Shown here piece after piece: positions 40,901 to 51,737 of a stretch of 64,000 nt of DNA. The stretch is from Lama glama (Eukaryota). Position 1 is the stretch's first letter; every line of letters starts with the position of its first letter. A program made the translations under genes and the position numbers. The stretch lies in NCBI GenBank assembly GCA_028534125.1, contig CM052817.1, positions 29,080,001-29,144,000 on the forward strand, given 5' to 3'. The notes below the pieces were generated by a model. The model searched no databases. It was given only the letters and a program-made list of their open reading frames with translations, and was not told the origin of the DNA.

Positions 40901-43900
40901 TTTAACTGCAAATTCAAAGGTTAGACTGACTACATTCTTACAAGCAACGTAGCCCACCCAGTCCTGGTCAGAGGATTGATTCCTAGTCCACCCACCATCA
41001 CAAGACACAACACAACACCCGTACACAAAATTTCTCATCAAGAGGCAGGCAGAGTGTGACAGAACCGGACAGCCTCTGGCAAAATTAAAAAAAAAAAAAA
41101 AAAGGGAAATTCTAGAGTAGTAAAAAGATCGCCTTTCATTTAAGATGACAGAATAACAGAAGTGTCTATAAATAATAAATATCACATAGGTTCAGAGAAC
41201 AGAAGACTAATAGATTTTCTTAAAGTTAAGCATACATATTGTTTTAAATTGAAATTACAATTTAAAATTTATCTGGTCCAACTTTTCAATTCCTTCTGAA
41301 AGAACTACAGCCCACTAACGTGAAATCTGGCTATAAGATGAAGAAATCTCCTCCCTCTTCCTCCTTTTTAGAAGCATAAACAAACCTGTGTCTATCTTTC
41401 AGTGTCAAGAGAACAGTTACAGGACTTCCCCCTTAATTTAAGGACATATGACTAAAAAAAAATCAGAAGTTATTACAATTGTGATGACAAAAAATACATT
41501 CATTTTCTATTTTTTAATCAAAGTGGCTGAAGAGAAAAAATAATGGAAAATATGGTACAGGCTGAACTGGTTAAAGAAACGTCAATTTAATATATTTGCT
41601 TCCAATATTCATTTATTAACATAACTAATTTAGCAAATCCTTATTATGATTCAGATAAAGATTAAGATTGTTTCTACCCTAGAAGAACTTACAAGATAGG
41701 GACAGACAAGTACAAAATAACAGGGAAAACTATTATAAGTAACGTATAAGAAGTCTGGAGAACTACAATGAATCAAAGAAAAGCCTTGCTTGTTGGAGGA
41801 AGGATCAAAGTTGGCATTTCAACTGAGTGCTGAAGAAGAGGTGGAATTCAACGATGGAGTAAGCTGTAGTTGAAAATAGAAAAAAGATGTGGGAAGAGAT
41901 TCAGAGAAGAGACAGCTGTATGCTTATCATGTGCTAAATGCTATGGTGTTTCATACCTGAGCAAACGCAAATCTCACAAGTTTGGGATACTGGCATCATC
42001 TTTCCCATTTTGAAGATGGAATAACTGGGTCAAAAAGATAAAGTAATGTGCCAAATATCACACACATGGCAGTGAAGCCAGAGATTCAAGAGATTCTGTC
42101 TGCTTCCAGAGCTCACAAAGTTTTTATTGTATGGTATGCTAACAATACGAGTGAAAGTAAAGCCAGCAAGTTCAGGCCTGTTCCATGAACTACAGTCTAG
42201 TCTGCCTGCCATGACTCAGTGTGGGGAATGGTGGGAATGCACCTGGGAGGCAGGTCATGCCCCACAGCATGCAGGCTCTTAAATGTCATGCTTGTCACCA
42301 TCACTTCAATAAATATACAGTGAACAGATACTCCCCAGAACTGTGCTTGGTGGGGCATAATTCCAATATAGCATGTTATCCACAATTACAGAAATGTGTG
42401 TTCAAATTTCAAAAGCACGGGGGATAGAGAGGGAGCACGATTAACCCTGTCACTAGTCAATGAAGGAGAAAAGTAGAAAATGTCAACAAAGGTATTCCAG
42501 AGATAGACCTTTGGCAGGTGTATCACTGGGCAGTTCTTTATCCAAGACAAAGCAAGAGCTGTACATCTAAATACATAAAAACATGCTTAACTCTGCTGGC
42601 ATTTATGACTCTGAAGCCATTCTGCCCCTACACACAAATTACTATTTATTTCTATATCATGATTAAGACAAAGTGATTAAGGCAGTTGGGCTGACCATAG
42701 CCCAGGTTAACAGTATGGAAGCTGATGCATGGTTGTGTTCAACCACTGGGGCTCACATACCAGAAGTGTGGGTGCTGAGGGGGCCCATTTCAGGTATGCA
42801 CAATTATTAAAAGTCTTTCTTTGCCATTCTAACCAAGATCTACTACCCTTGTCTAAAAAACAAGAAGCGAAACAACAAACAAAAAAATCAACCTGATAAG
42901 CTAAAGAGGACCTTTCATGGAAATTATGCCAGTGAAAAAAATTATGATTGTATATTTTCTGTAACTGGCATGTATGAGGGGAGGAGCAAGAGGAGAAAAT
43001 ACTGTTTAAACAAAACACACTTATAAGAACCTTGAATTTATATAGAGTTTACAATATACAGGGGTTTGCACAAACACTATCTTACATGAGCCTCAAAACA
43101 GCCTTGTGAACTATGAATTTTCTTATCTTTCTTAAAGGTAAGGAAACCAAGAATTAGGGTGTAGAATAAATACCTTGCAGTCACCAAGAAAGTAGCAGCT
43201 CTGATACTCTTTTCCTGTGGATGTCAACAATATCAAATAAAGTACCACGAGGTCAGTGACACTACTTGGTTATTTTTTAGGAAAAACCTTAACAGAGAAC
43301 TTAATCCAATAAAATACACAATTAATGCTTACATGTATCCTGTCATGAAGACATACCAGTCTTCAATTTTTATGATACTTCTATAATAGAAAATAATCAG
43401 AGAAATCTGAGGCATGTGAGGTAAAATCAAGAGTTCTGTTGAACATAGTTTGGGTATCTCTTAATGATTAATAACAAGGCTGATCTACTAAGAAATTAAA
43501 GAACAGTGAAAGCAACATCCCTAAATACAAACAAAAGACTACCAGAAAAAGGTACCAAAAAAATACTACGATCATCACTTGAGCTATGATATTTTCTCTT
43601 GCATTTTGGAGTGGTAGGCGAGACAGAATTTTAACAAAGAAAATAGGAATGAAATGTAGCTACTAGGTATGTCTGTATCTGTATTGATACATTCGGCTTT
43701 ATGTACTAATACATTAAATCAGTGATGTGGCAGGAAATAAACAAGAAACATATTTTACTAAGGAAGACACTTCAATCCCACTACCTTGAGCATCTAATAT
43801 AGAAAAAATGGTGATTACCTGTGGGTAAACCCAGTGTAAAATATCTGTCCTGTCCAGGTTTGAACTGAATGATGCGATTACAGATGTATTTGGCTGCCCA

Positions 43901-43942
43901 TTCACTAGCCAAGTCATAGTTATCAAGAATTACAAGCCTCAT
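22583..43942 (-). CDS. GNPDA2: Glucosamine-6-phosphate deaminase 2, complete spliced CDS (6 coding exons, 276 aa)
   Basis: 124+102+183+185+175+62 = 831 nt. Begins [19 protein letters not shown]; NagB motifs LGLPTGSTP, NMDEY and [15 protein letters not shown]; ends [10 protein letters not shown]. Tail-to-tail with GUF1, as known in mammals. Confidence 0.98.
23560..24350 (+). mobile_element. L2 LINE 3' relic
   Basis: CCCTGGTCAAAGCCAC...GCCTGGAATGCTCTT...AAATGTCA...GACACATGGAAGTTCAATGAA. Confidence 0.7.
25561..25757. mobile_element. hAT-Charlie-type MITE
   Basis: End CAGATTCTCAAAGAGGTCTATGACCCCAAAAA...CCCTG; internal CA/TG repeat. Confidence 0.55.
28030..28172. mobile_element. TcMar-Tc2 (MER104/Kanga-like) terminal fragment
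   Basis: CATCCCAATTTTAGA...AAATATGAAAAAGATGTGTCTTAGA...AAAGTATAGTA. Confidence 0.5.
29173..29347 (-). CDS. GNPDA2: GNPDA2 exon 6 (175 nt)
   Basis: tcag|GTAATG...AAG|gtgagc; [21 protein letters not shown]...VKYFK. Confidence 0.96.
30890..31082 (-). mobile_element. MIR SINE
   Basis: ATTTTACAGATAAGGAAACGGAGGCACAGA...TAACTTGACCAAGGTC. Confidence 0.8.
31829..32205 (+). mobile_element. Artiodactyl-type L1 3' end
   Basis: GCAGCAACATGGATGGACCTAGAG...TATAGCACAGGGAACTATATTCAATATCTT...TGTAAATCAACTA + A-rich tail. Confidence 0.88.
33174..33358 (-). CDS. GNPDA2: GNPDA2 exon 5 (185 nt)
   Basis: aaag|GAATT...GAA|gtaaga; [15 protein letters not shown]...VGTVMDARE. Confidence 0.96.
34001..34242. mobile_element. 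hAT-Charlie-type MITE with TIRs
   Basis: CAGTAGTTTTCTTCAAA ... TTTGAAAACACTG; TSD-like ATCTAAGG/CTTTAAGG. Confidence 0.7.
35400..35760 (+). mobile_element. ERVL solo-LTR relic (LTR33/LTR16-like)
   Basis: ATTCTGTGAGTTACCC...CCAATGAATTC...CTGTTACTTGCAAATCAAAGA 3' signature. Confidence 0.6.
37965..38014. repeat. Compound microsatellite (AT)n(AG)n(ATAG)n
   Basis: Read directly from the sequence. Confidence 0.95.
38779..38961 (-). CDS. GNPDA2: GNPDA2 exon 4 (183 nt)
   Basis: ttag|GACTT...GAG|gtatgt; [18 protein letters not shown]...GGIDLFVG. Confidence 0.96.
39090..39315 (-). mobile_element. MIR SINE
   Basis: TATGTGCCAGGCATT...CATTTTATAGATGA...CCCAAGGTCACATAGCT. Confidence 0.8.
40032..40133 (-). 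CDS. GNPDA2: GNPDA2 exon 3 (102 nt)
   Basis: ctag|GGAGC...TAG|gtaagc; [33 protein letters not shown]. Confidence 0.96.
41925..42110 (-). mobile_element. MIR SINE
   Basis: CCCATTTTGAAGATGGAATAACTGGG...TCACACA...GCCAGAGATTCAA. Confidence 0.7.
43819..43942 (-). CDS. GNPDA2: GNPDA2 exon 2, coding part (full exon 43819-43980)
   Basis: ttctcag|GTTTGAA; ACCACAATG start at 43942; ACAG|gtaatc. Confidence 0.96.
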
Positions 43943-45854
43943 TGTGGTGATGCACGGCTTCCAGGACAAGAAGTTCAAACCTGAGAAAAGTCCATTGCAA
44001 AGCACTGTAAGTAATTTACAGTCAAACAGAAGTGTGATGCACTGATGGCTTTAAGAAGGACATTACTTAAGAACCTCATGCATGTATACAAATACAACCT
44101 GTGCTTTAAAAACAGTAATAATGGCTGTTTTCTTCTGAACAGACCTTGGGTTCTGGGCAGTGGGCTAGGTCATTTAAGCACATATATCAATATTCACAAC
44201 AATCTTCTGACGTAAACACCACATCTTGTTTTGGATGAGAAGAGGGACTCACACAATTTTCCTGAGTTCACACAGCTACTAAGTGACAAAGCCAAAATTT
44301 ATATCAAGGCAAATTTACTATAAAGACAGCACACTGCACTGCCTCCATAAGGATACTATATAAAGCAACATAAACCAAACCAAAGGCAAACAAAGAAGTA
44401 GTCATTTATTGATTTCAAGTTAACGGTATTAATGATTACTCAGCAACTTTCGGGTTACTTAGTAAAATCCAGAACTCCCCCTATGAATGATGTAATAACT
44501 AAATCTCCCTTTGTTGAATAATGTTTCTATAAAATGATACCTGCACTTTTAAAAAATCTCAATCACTAGAGAAAGGTACCAAAAAAAATTGACCCAAATC
44601 CTGACACCCAGAAATAATACTCATTACTATCAGTTATACATCATTCTAGGTATTTATCTAATGCACACGTATAAATACGATATATAGAATAATTTCTAAC
44701 AATGGGATCAAACTACACATGCTATTTTTAACAAAAAGCTTAACATTTAATTATTTCTGCATTCAACAAAAGCAAAAGAAAATAAACTAAAGAAACTGCT
44801 GATCTCTGGGGAAAATTAAAATTCTTCACACAAAGCAATTTCAGTTTTTAAAAGAATATTCTAAGGTTAAGAAAAAATGTTATAAAAATATTAAGAGATC
44901 ACAGTCACTTAAAAACTATATGATTCCATTTTAGACAATGAGGATTGACCAACTACCAGGAAAGACGTGAAAATTGCATTTTTACACTTCCTCACATCCC
45001 CTGATTTCTGTATGACATATTATTTTTATATTGTCAAGATTTATAACATTTATACTGTGTTCTACAACCATAATTCCCAGATTTGAATTCTTAGTTTTAT
45101 ATTTAAATAGATCCGTCACCCACACCAATCCTTTTACAAATGGTTTCAGCAGTCCTGAATTCTGTACCCACAAAACTTACATACAGCAGTAAGTCAACTT
45201 TTTACATTAATGGGAGTAGTAGGTCTTATCACAATGAATATATGTAATCTAAATATGTCCTTAAGAACATAACAATGTAGAATGCTGGCAGAACAACAAA
45301 AAATTGCAATCACCATGATCTAAAATTCTGGCAGAGTAACGAGATAAACAGCATTTACAGACAATAATTTACACAGTAAGTGATAAATTCAGTCCAACAA
45401 ATGGACTTGGCCTCGATTTAAATTCATCAATAATCTAATGCCAGAAACAATTTCAAAGTTACACGAAAGAATCAGAAACATTTCCTGGCTGTTGTGGTCA
45501 TAAAGACACATACCTATTTCTAACATTCAGCAAAATGACTATTGGTACAAATAAAAAAAAAAAAATCCTGTAAGATGAGGAGGTGGAAGGGCCTTAGAGC
45601 GTTCCAAGTGTCTTCTGTGCTCTGGGCTTGCTGTTTCCTTCCTCAATTCAACACACTTGTGAGGGAGGGCCTATTAATTATCAAGCACTAAGGTCACACA
45701 AAAATGACTAACATAAGGATCCTACTGTCAAAGGGCTTAGACTCATTTAATAGTCTCTGGTGTGGAACTATCATTCTCATTTTTCAGATATAGAAAACTG
45801 TAACTCAGAAGTTATAAAGCTATTAAACAAATGGAGGGTCTATCCGACTGAAAG

Positions 45855-46035
45855 ACACAGGCTTCAAAAGTGCCTTGTAAGTAAGAATCAATTAGGATGC
45901 TTGTTAAAAAAGATTCCCAGGACCCTTTCCCTGGACATGGTGTTTCAGCAGATCTGAAACGGGGTTCTGAGAATCTGCACTTTTACAAATATAACAGGTG
46001 ATTCTTACACTCAGGATACATTGGAAAAGAACCCC
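45855..46035. mobile_element. MER5-family (hAT-Charlie) MITE
   Basis: AGAATCA...GCTTGTTAAAAAAGATTCCCAGG...GAGAATCTGCACTTTTACAA...CAGGTGATTCTTA. Confidence 0.8.
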
Positions 46036-46539
46036 ATGCAAGATGACTTCACTGCAGAGAGGTTCAAGAAAGTCTCTCAGGCCAAGTACAGGCACGTTTT
46101 GTTTTCTTAAGCTTGTCGGTGAGCTCAGAGTTCACTTCCAAAAGTCCCAAATGAACACTTCACCCAGAAGAAAGTAGGAAGTTTTTGTCACATTTGTCAG
46201 ATTAAAAAAAAATGTGTTTTTTTCCTCCAGTTTTGGCAATCCTCAGAGATCCAAACTACTGTGGCCCTGAGCCATTCTCCAGCATCTTGACCCGACAGCA
46301 CTCAAAAAATGACACAGCACCACTCGTTCCCTCATCTTCCTCTGGTGCTGATTCATTTTGGATGTTTATCCCCCGGAGAAAGGGCTGCCGAACACAAATC
46401 TCGGAACTTTAAAGCTGGGTGGGGACTTCTAGACGACTTGGGTTACACAGCTTTTTTAGAACCTGCACTAAAATCTAGAACCTAGACTTGCAGAGCCCCT
46501 GCTGCTCCGAGCTTTTGCCCTACAGCACACTGCACCTGA

Positions 46540-47185
46540 CCTGAAAAGATCGCTCAAGCCCCGACTAGGAAGGAGCCCTGCGAACCTGCTTCCACCGCCT
46601 GCCAGCTGCGCCCCATCACTCCGCAAACCGCAAGGCAAGCAAACCAGGATGACCATCAGGAATTTTTAACAACAGGAGAAGGCCGCGAAAGAGGAGAGGA
46701 CAGGGAACCCCTCCCGGAGGCGCAGTTCCGAAGAGGACGACCAGCCAGGTTTGCGGGCGGCCAGGCTGGGGACATCAGGCCCCCGCCTCCAGGTTCCCGG
46801 ACCCCGACCCGCCCGGCGTCCCCATCCCGGCATAAAGCCCACCGTGGGGGCAACGACCAGCGGGTCTCCGCCCGACTCCCCTTCCTCGCCCATGCCCGTG
46901 GACTCACCGGCTGGCCCACTAGCTCTTCCCACGCTGGAACGGCGGGCGCAGCCCACACACGGCCACCGCGGAGCCACCCCAACCGGCGCTCGGAGCGCGA
47001 AGCTAAGGACCCGGATGTAAACCCCGGCGCGGCGGGGACGGCGGCGCGGCCCGCGAGTGCTGCGCATGCGCGCGCGCCGGGCTCACTGCGGGTGAGGGCG
47101 CGGCGGTGCCCGCGGGTTCTGGGAGACAGGAAGCCTTTGCTGACGTGAGTCTCCAGTCCTGGACCATCGGCCCGGCACCGCTCTC
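46540..47185 (-). promoter_or_regulatory. CpG-island promoter of GNPDA2
   Basis: Only CpG-dense segment in the window. NRF1 consensus TGCGCATGCGCG 47061-47072; ETS-type CCGGATGT 47011-47018; TGACGT CRE half-site 47141-47146; GC boxes. Confidence 0.9.
46908..47010 (-). other. GNPDA2: GNPDA2 non-coding exon 1 (5' end approximate)
   Basis: Strong donor CCG|GTGAGT at 46908/46907 inside the CpG island; no ATG in the segment; TSS not determinable from sequence. Confidence 0.75.
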
Positions 47186-48517
47186 TTCATCTCTCAGAGG
47201 TGGAATTGCGGTAGATTCTTTGGGTTTATAAGACTTAGAGTGTAGGACCGCGTTGCTTATATATAAGCATTACTTTAGTTGTTGCTTATAATAGCAGTAT
47301 GAATTTATTCTCTCTCCCCCAGTCTACATTTATTGAACGTCTGCTTTGCAAGCACAAAGTCAGCTAAGCGCTTTTTTAAAATCAGTAAGCTCATCTGAGT
47401 CAAGTTGAACACGCAGAAAGGCAAACTGCCACGGGGAACCGTGGAGCTGCTCAGTAAGAGGAAACACTAGAAGGAGATTTTAATGAGATACAAACTTGCC
47501 CTGAGTTAATTCTAGGAAAGGAGTAGAGGAAGCAAAATCAGCTTTGAACTGAGTATCGCAGATCTTTGTTCATGAGGGAGATGGAAGGAAGCAGGGCTGG
47601 GGAAGTTATTGCTAAGAAAGCAGCAGTCACTTGAAGGAAGTGTCCCATGGTCTCACCAGGTCCCATTAAAAACATTTACAGTCCTGTTAGGAACTGCAGT
47701 CCGACTACCAGCATCGGGTAACAGGCAGATTCAAGTTTCCTTGGACACTACAAGGATAGTACTATGTCTCCAAACTCCTTATCTAAAGTTCTGCACCTGG
47801 GCTGTAAATCCAACCTGCTTCTCTGGATCAAATAAACCCTTTGGGCTTAAAATTTTAGGCAAGAGAGAAATGTTCCATTCTCAGATATAACTTCAAACAG
47901 CAAAATTTCTCACAGAGTGATAACTGGGGACAGTTTCTTAGCACTATAGCCTTGAGGTAGTTTTCAAAGGAGGTTTTTAACACCTCCCCAGTACTATAAT
48001 TTATCATATAACAAAAATCTATTGTGTATTTATTGTAGGTCAAAAAGACCTACAAATAATAAAAAAAAAGAGTCTTGCAGGGACTATTATTGGAGCATAG
48101 AAGGATGTTTATGAAATATATTCTTTTTCAGTGGTTTTACTTCTTTATGTGTTTCTGATACTAGAAAAGTAGGTTCCGTCCCCACTGTAAGTGCTGACAA
48201 TGGTTAATTCTGCTTTGATTGCACTAAGTCATGTCCTGTCTTCCTTTTCTCTCAAGTTGTTGTTTCTCACCTCTTGCAATCCATGTGCTATGCTCTGTAT
48301 ACCAAGATTAAAGCAAGAAGTTACTTCCATCAGAAATATTTAATACTGAACAGAAGACTGTTTTTGACAAGGACAGGGACAAGTGTACTGAGTCATTCAT
48401 TTGTTCATTCAATAAATATTTACCAATTATGTGCCAGACAACAACGTGAGGAAAACAGACACACAGTCCTTGCTCCCAGTGAACTAAGAGTCTTGTGGAG
48501 ATACAGACGTCACCCAG

Positions 48518-48563
48518 TAAATCCTAATAAAGGAAAGCAGTAAATCCTAATAAAGGAAAGCAG
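48518..48563. repeat. Perfect 23-bp tandem duplication
   Basis: TAAATCCTAATAAAGGAAAGCAG x2. Confidence 0.95.
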
Positions 48564-49894
48564 AGTCCTGAGACTCTGAGATACTCCACTATGGGGATAC
48601 CTAAGCATAGAAAGCACCTGTGTCTTGTCTTCCAAGTAAAGCCCCAAGGAATGGCAAGACTAACAGAAAGTCCCCCTGAACCAAGGTTTTGGATGACAAG
48701 TTTGGTAGAAAAGTTTTAACAGGCTGTCACCCAGGGAAGGGGACAGGTTTACGGTGGCATAGTACAGTAGAGGTGGCTATGGAGTTGACAGGAAAATACG
48801 CCTAATGACAGTCCTGGTCTACCACAGGCCACAGAGAAGCTTCAGACAGCCGTCATTCTGTGTAATCTTGAGTAGCTGAAGTTAGCTGATAGAGAGCCTG
48901 AAACAGTGTTCTGGTCAACGTGTATCATGCAAATGGAAGCCAGTGGACAAATGATGTTTCAGCAGACACCAATGAGGATTTATACTGAAGACCAAGACAC
49001 ACAGGAAGAGATACCCGTCCAGTGCAGTGGAAGTCAGAGAAGAGAAAATGACTCTAGAACGGATGCCTCCACTGATGTAGACACCAATAGTCTCCCCACC
49101 ATAGATGCCAGCCTGGGTCAAAGGTGGGGAAAAGGGATATTCAGAAATGCCATAACTGACACTTGAAATGACTGAAAAAACCACTAAAACAATGAAATGA
49201 AACTGAAAATAGCTTTTAAGTTTCCCACTGTCATGAGAATAGGGCTTGAGGGAAAGATTTATGTAAAAGTTACATTAAAGCTGTATATTATATAGATATA
49301 CTACAGAAAAATAGGAAATGGCACATTGGAATTTATGGCCTATAAAATTTTAAAAAACCTGGATGCTACAAAATGTTTCAGCAGGGTATACCATGATCAG
49401 ATGTGTATGTGAAACAAAAATCACCCTGTATGCCTGTGAAGAGTCAACTAAAGTTGGGTCTGGAGTAGATCAGGGAAAACTGGATTTTTGCCAGAAAATA
49501 CAGAGGAGGACCCTGTAAGCCCAGGAGTAGTTCGCACAAAGGTATGCAGGCAGGAAAGTAAAAGCCATAAGCACGGAATTCTGAATGACTCCCAGGCGGC
49601 TAAGAGTAGGGTATATTTCAAAAACTAGAGAAAGTTCATCTGGAAAGAGATGGAGATGACATGAAGTACCTTGCCGATGATGTGTAGAAGTTGGACTTAA
49701 TATTATGAGCAGTGGGGAACCACCTGAGCTTTATGAACGTAGTAAGAGACTAGCAGATTGTGTTATAGGAAGAAGGAAGCAGAGTGGGTGGGGACTATAT
49801 TATAGCCACAAAAATCGAGACACAGAAATACTATAGGCTCATTTTGTATTTTCCTGAACCAGCTCTAGTACTAGGCATTTTACTAATGGCTGAT

Positions 49895-51735
49895 AGTGTT
49901 TTTGTTTTATTTTGTTTTGTTTTGTTTTATCAAGAATGTTAGGTTTGACTCCCTGCATCTATTGAAACGATGGTATGGTTTTTCATTTTGGTCTGTTGGT
50001 GAATTACAGTGATTGATTTTCAAATGTGAAATATACCTTGCATTGCTGAGATAAACCTGGCCCAAGCATGGTTTTCCTTGGTCATGGTCATCACCTTTCA
50101 GTCAGAAGCAACCAAAGATTTGCCTGCAAAGTTTTTGACAAATGCCTCTCTCCCCCTGGGTACGGCTTTAGCACTAGGCGAGAGTTCAGAGCTGGACAAA
50201 GTAAAACAAGCCTTGAAGTGACTTCTTCAAAGATTCTTCTCTCTTAAACAGAGAGGTTAAGTAATAATGGGCTGTTCTTTGGGAATGGGGGTGTGGAAAT
50301 GGTCCAGCCCAGTTTTTCCTCCCTATAGTACTGGGAATGTAGGATTTTTGTTTGTTTGTGTTTTGTTTTTCTCAAGGCTGCCATTGATCCGGGAGCAGGG
50401 AATGAAACGAGGGTCAGTTAAAACACACAAAACTGTTACTGACAGCCAGCAACTTAATGAAAAGCCCTCCCCCTGTTGCTGCAAGTCTGTCATTAGTCTC
50501 CAGAGTTCTCAGAAAGTTGATTTTGATGGTTTGTCAATTTTCTTTCTGTTTTGATGGAGGGGCAGGTTTTTGCATATCCTCACCCTACTATTTTTGCTGG
50601 TGTCCTCAGTTGATTACTTTTTGAGCGAGCCTTGATAGTTAGTCTTTCAAGAAATTTAAATTTTCTGTTGCCAAAATTATTGGCATAGCATTGTTTATAA
50701 TATTCCCTTGTTATCTATGCAATCCATAGTGATTTCACTTCTCTTATTTCTGATATTAGTGAACTGTTACCTTCATTTGTTTTCTCCCTAATCACTGTGG
50801 TAAGATGTTTATTAATTTAATTGACCTTTTCAAAGAACCAGATTTTGGACTGATTTCTGTTTTCCATTGAATTGATTTCTACTCTGATCTTTATTGTTTC
50901 CCAAATTCTGCTTACTTCAGGTTGAATTTTCACTTATTTTTCTGATTCCTTAAGGTGGAAGCTGAGATCATTGTTTTGCAACCTTTGTTATTTTCTCATG
51001 TAGACGTGTAGTGCTTTCTGTTTTTCCTCTTAGAGTTAATGGCATCTCTCAAATTTTTGTGTCTTATCTTTTTTCATTCAGCAGAAAATCCTTTCTAATA
51101 TCTTTTCTGATTTCTTTTTGACTCATGAGTTATTTAGAAATGTATTCTTAGTTTCCAGATATTTGGGTGTTTTCCAGATAGCTTTCTGTTTTTTATTTCT
51201 ACTTTACTTCATTTTTGTTCAAAGAATATCCTTTGTATGATTTGATTCTTTTTAATTATAGTAACACTTGTTTGTAGCCCAGAATATGGTATATATTCAT
51301 GTCCACTTGAAAAAAAGTGTGAATTCCACTTTGGGGATGGATTGTTCTATTAGATAAAGTTGGCAGTGTTCAAGTCTCTTATATCTTTATTGATTTTATG
51401 TCACTTATTTTTGTCAATTAATGAGAGAGTAATGTTGATATTGCAGATAATTACTGTAGATTTATGTATTTTTATTGCCGTTTTATCAGTGTTTGTTTCA
51501 TGTCTTCTGATGCCCTGTTATTAGGTACATAAACATTTAGGTTGGTTATGCAGTTTTGATAAATTGATCACTTTATCATCATGAAAGGATCTCCTTTACC
51601 TGTAATAATATTTTTGTTCTTCAGTCTTTCTTGTCTGATATTAATATCACCAATCCAACTTGCTTTTGATTAGTGTTTAAACAGAATATAGTTTCCATTC
51701 TTTTACTCTTAAACTATTCATGTATTTATGTTTAA
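49895..51735 (-). mobile_element. Old L1M fragments (antisense)
   Basis: T-rich antisense L1 ORF2 motifs, e.g. TTTTCAAAGAACCAG, CCCAGAATATGG, TTATTAGGTACATAAACATTTAGG. Confidence 0.75.
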
Positions 51736-51737
51736 AC

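Noticed and set aside
46468..47067. Overlapping Arg/Pro/Gly-rich ORFs
   Set aside because: Typical stop-poor CpG-island artefacts; no recognisable domain
48927..48934. Octamer ATGCAAAT as a SOX-OCT enhancer
   Set aside because: No adjacent SOX half-site; an isolated 8-mer in probably repeat-derived DNA
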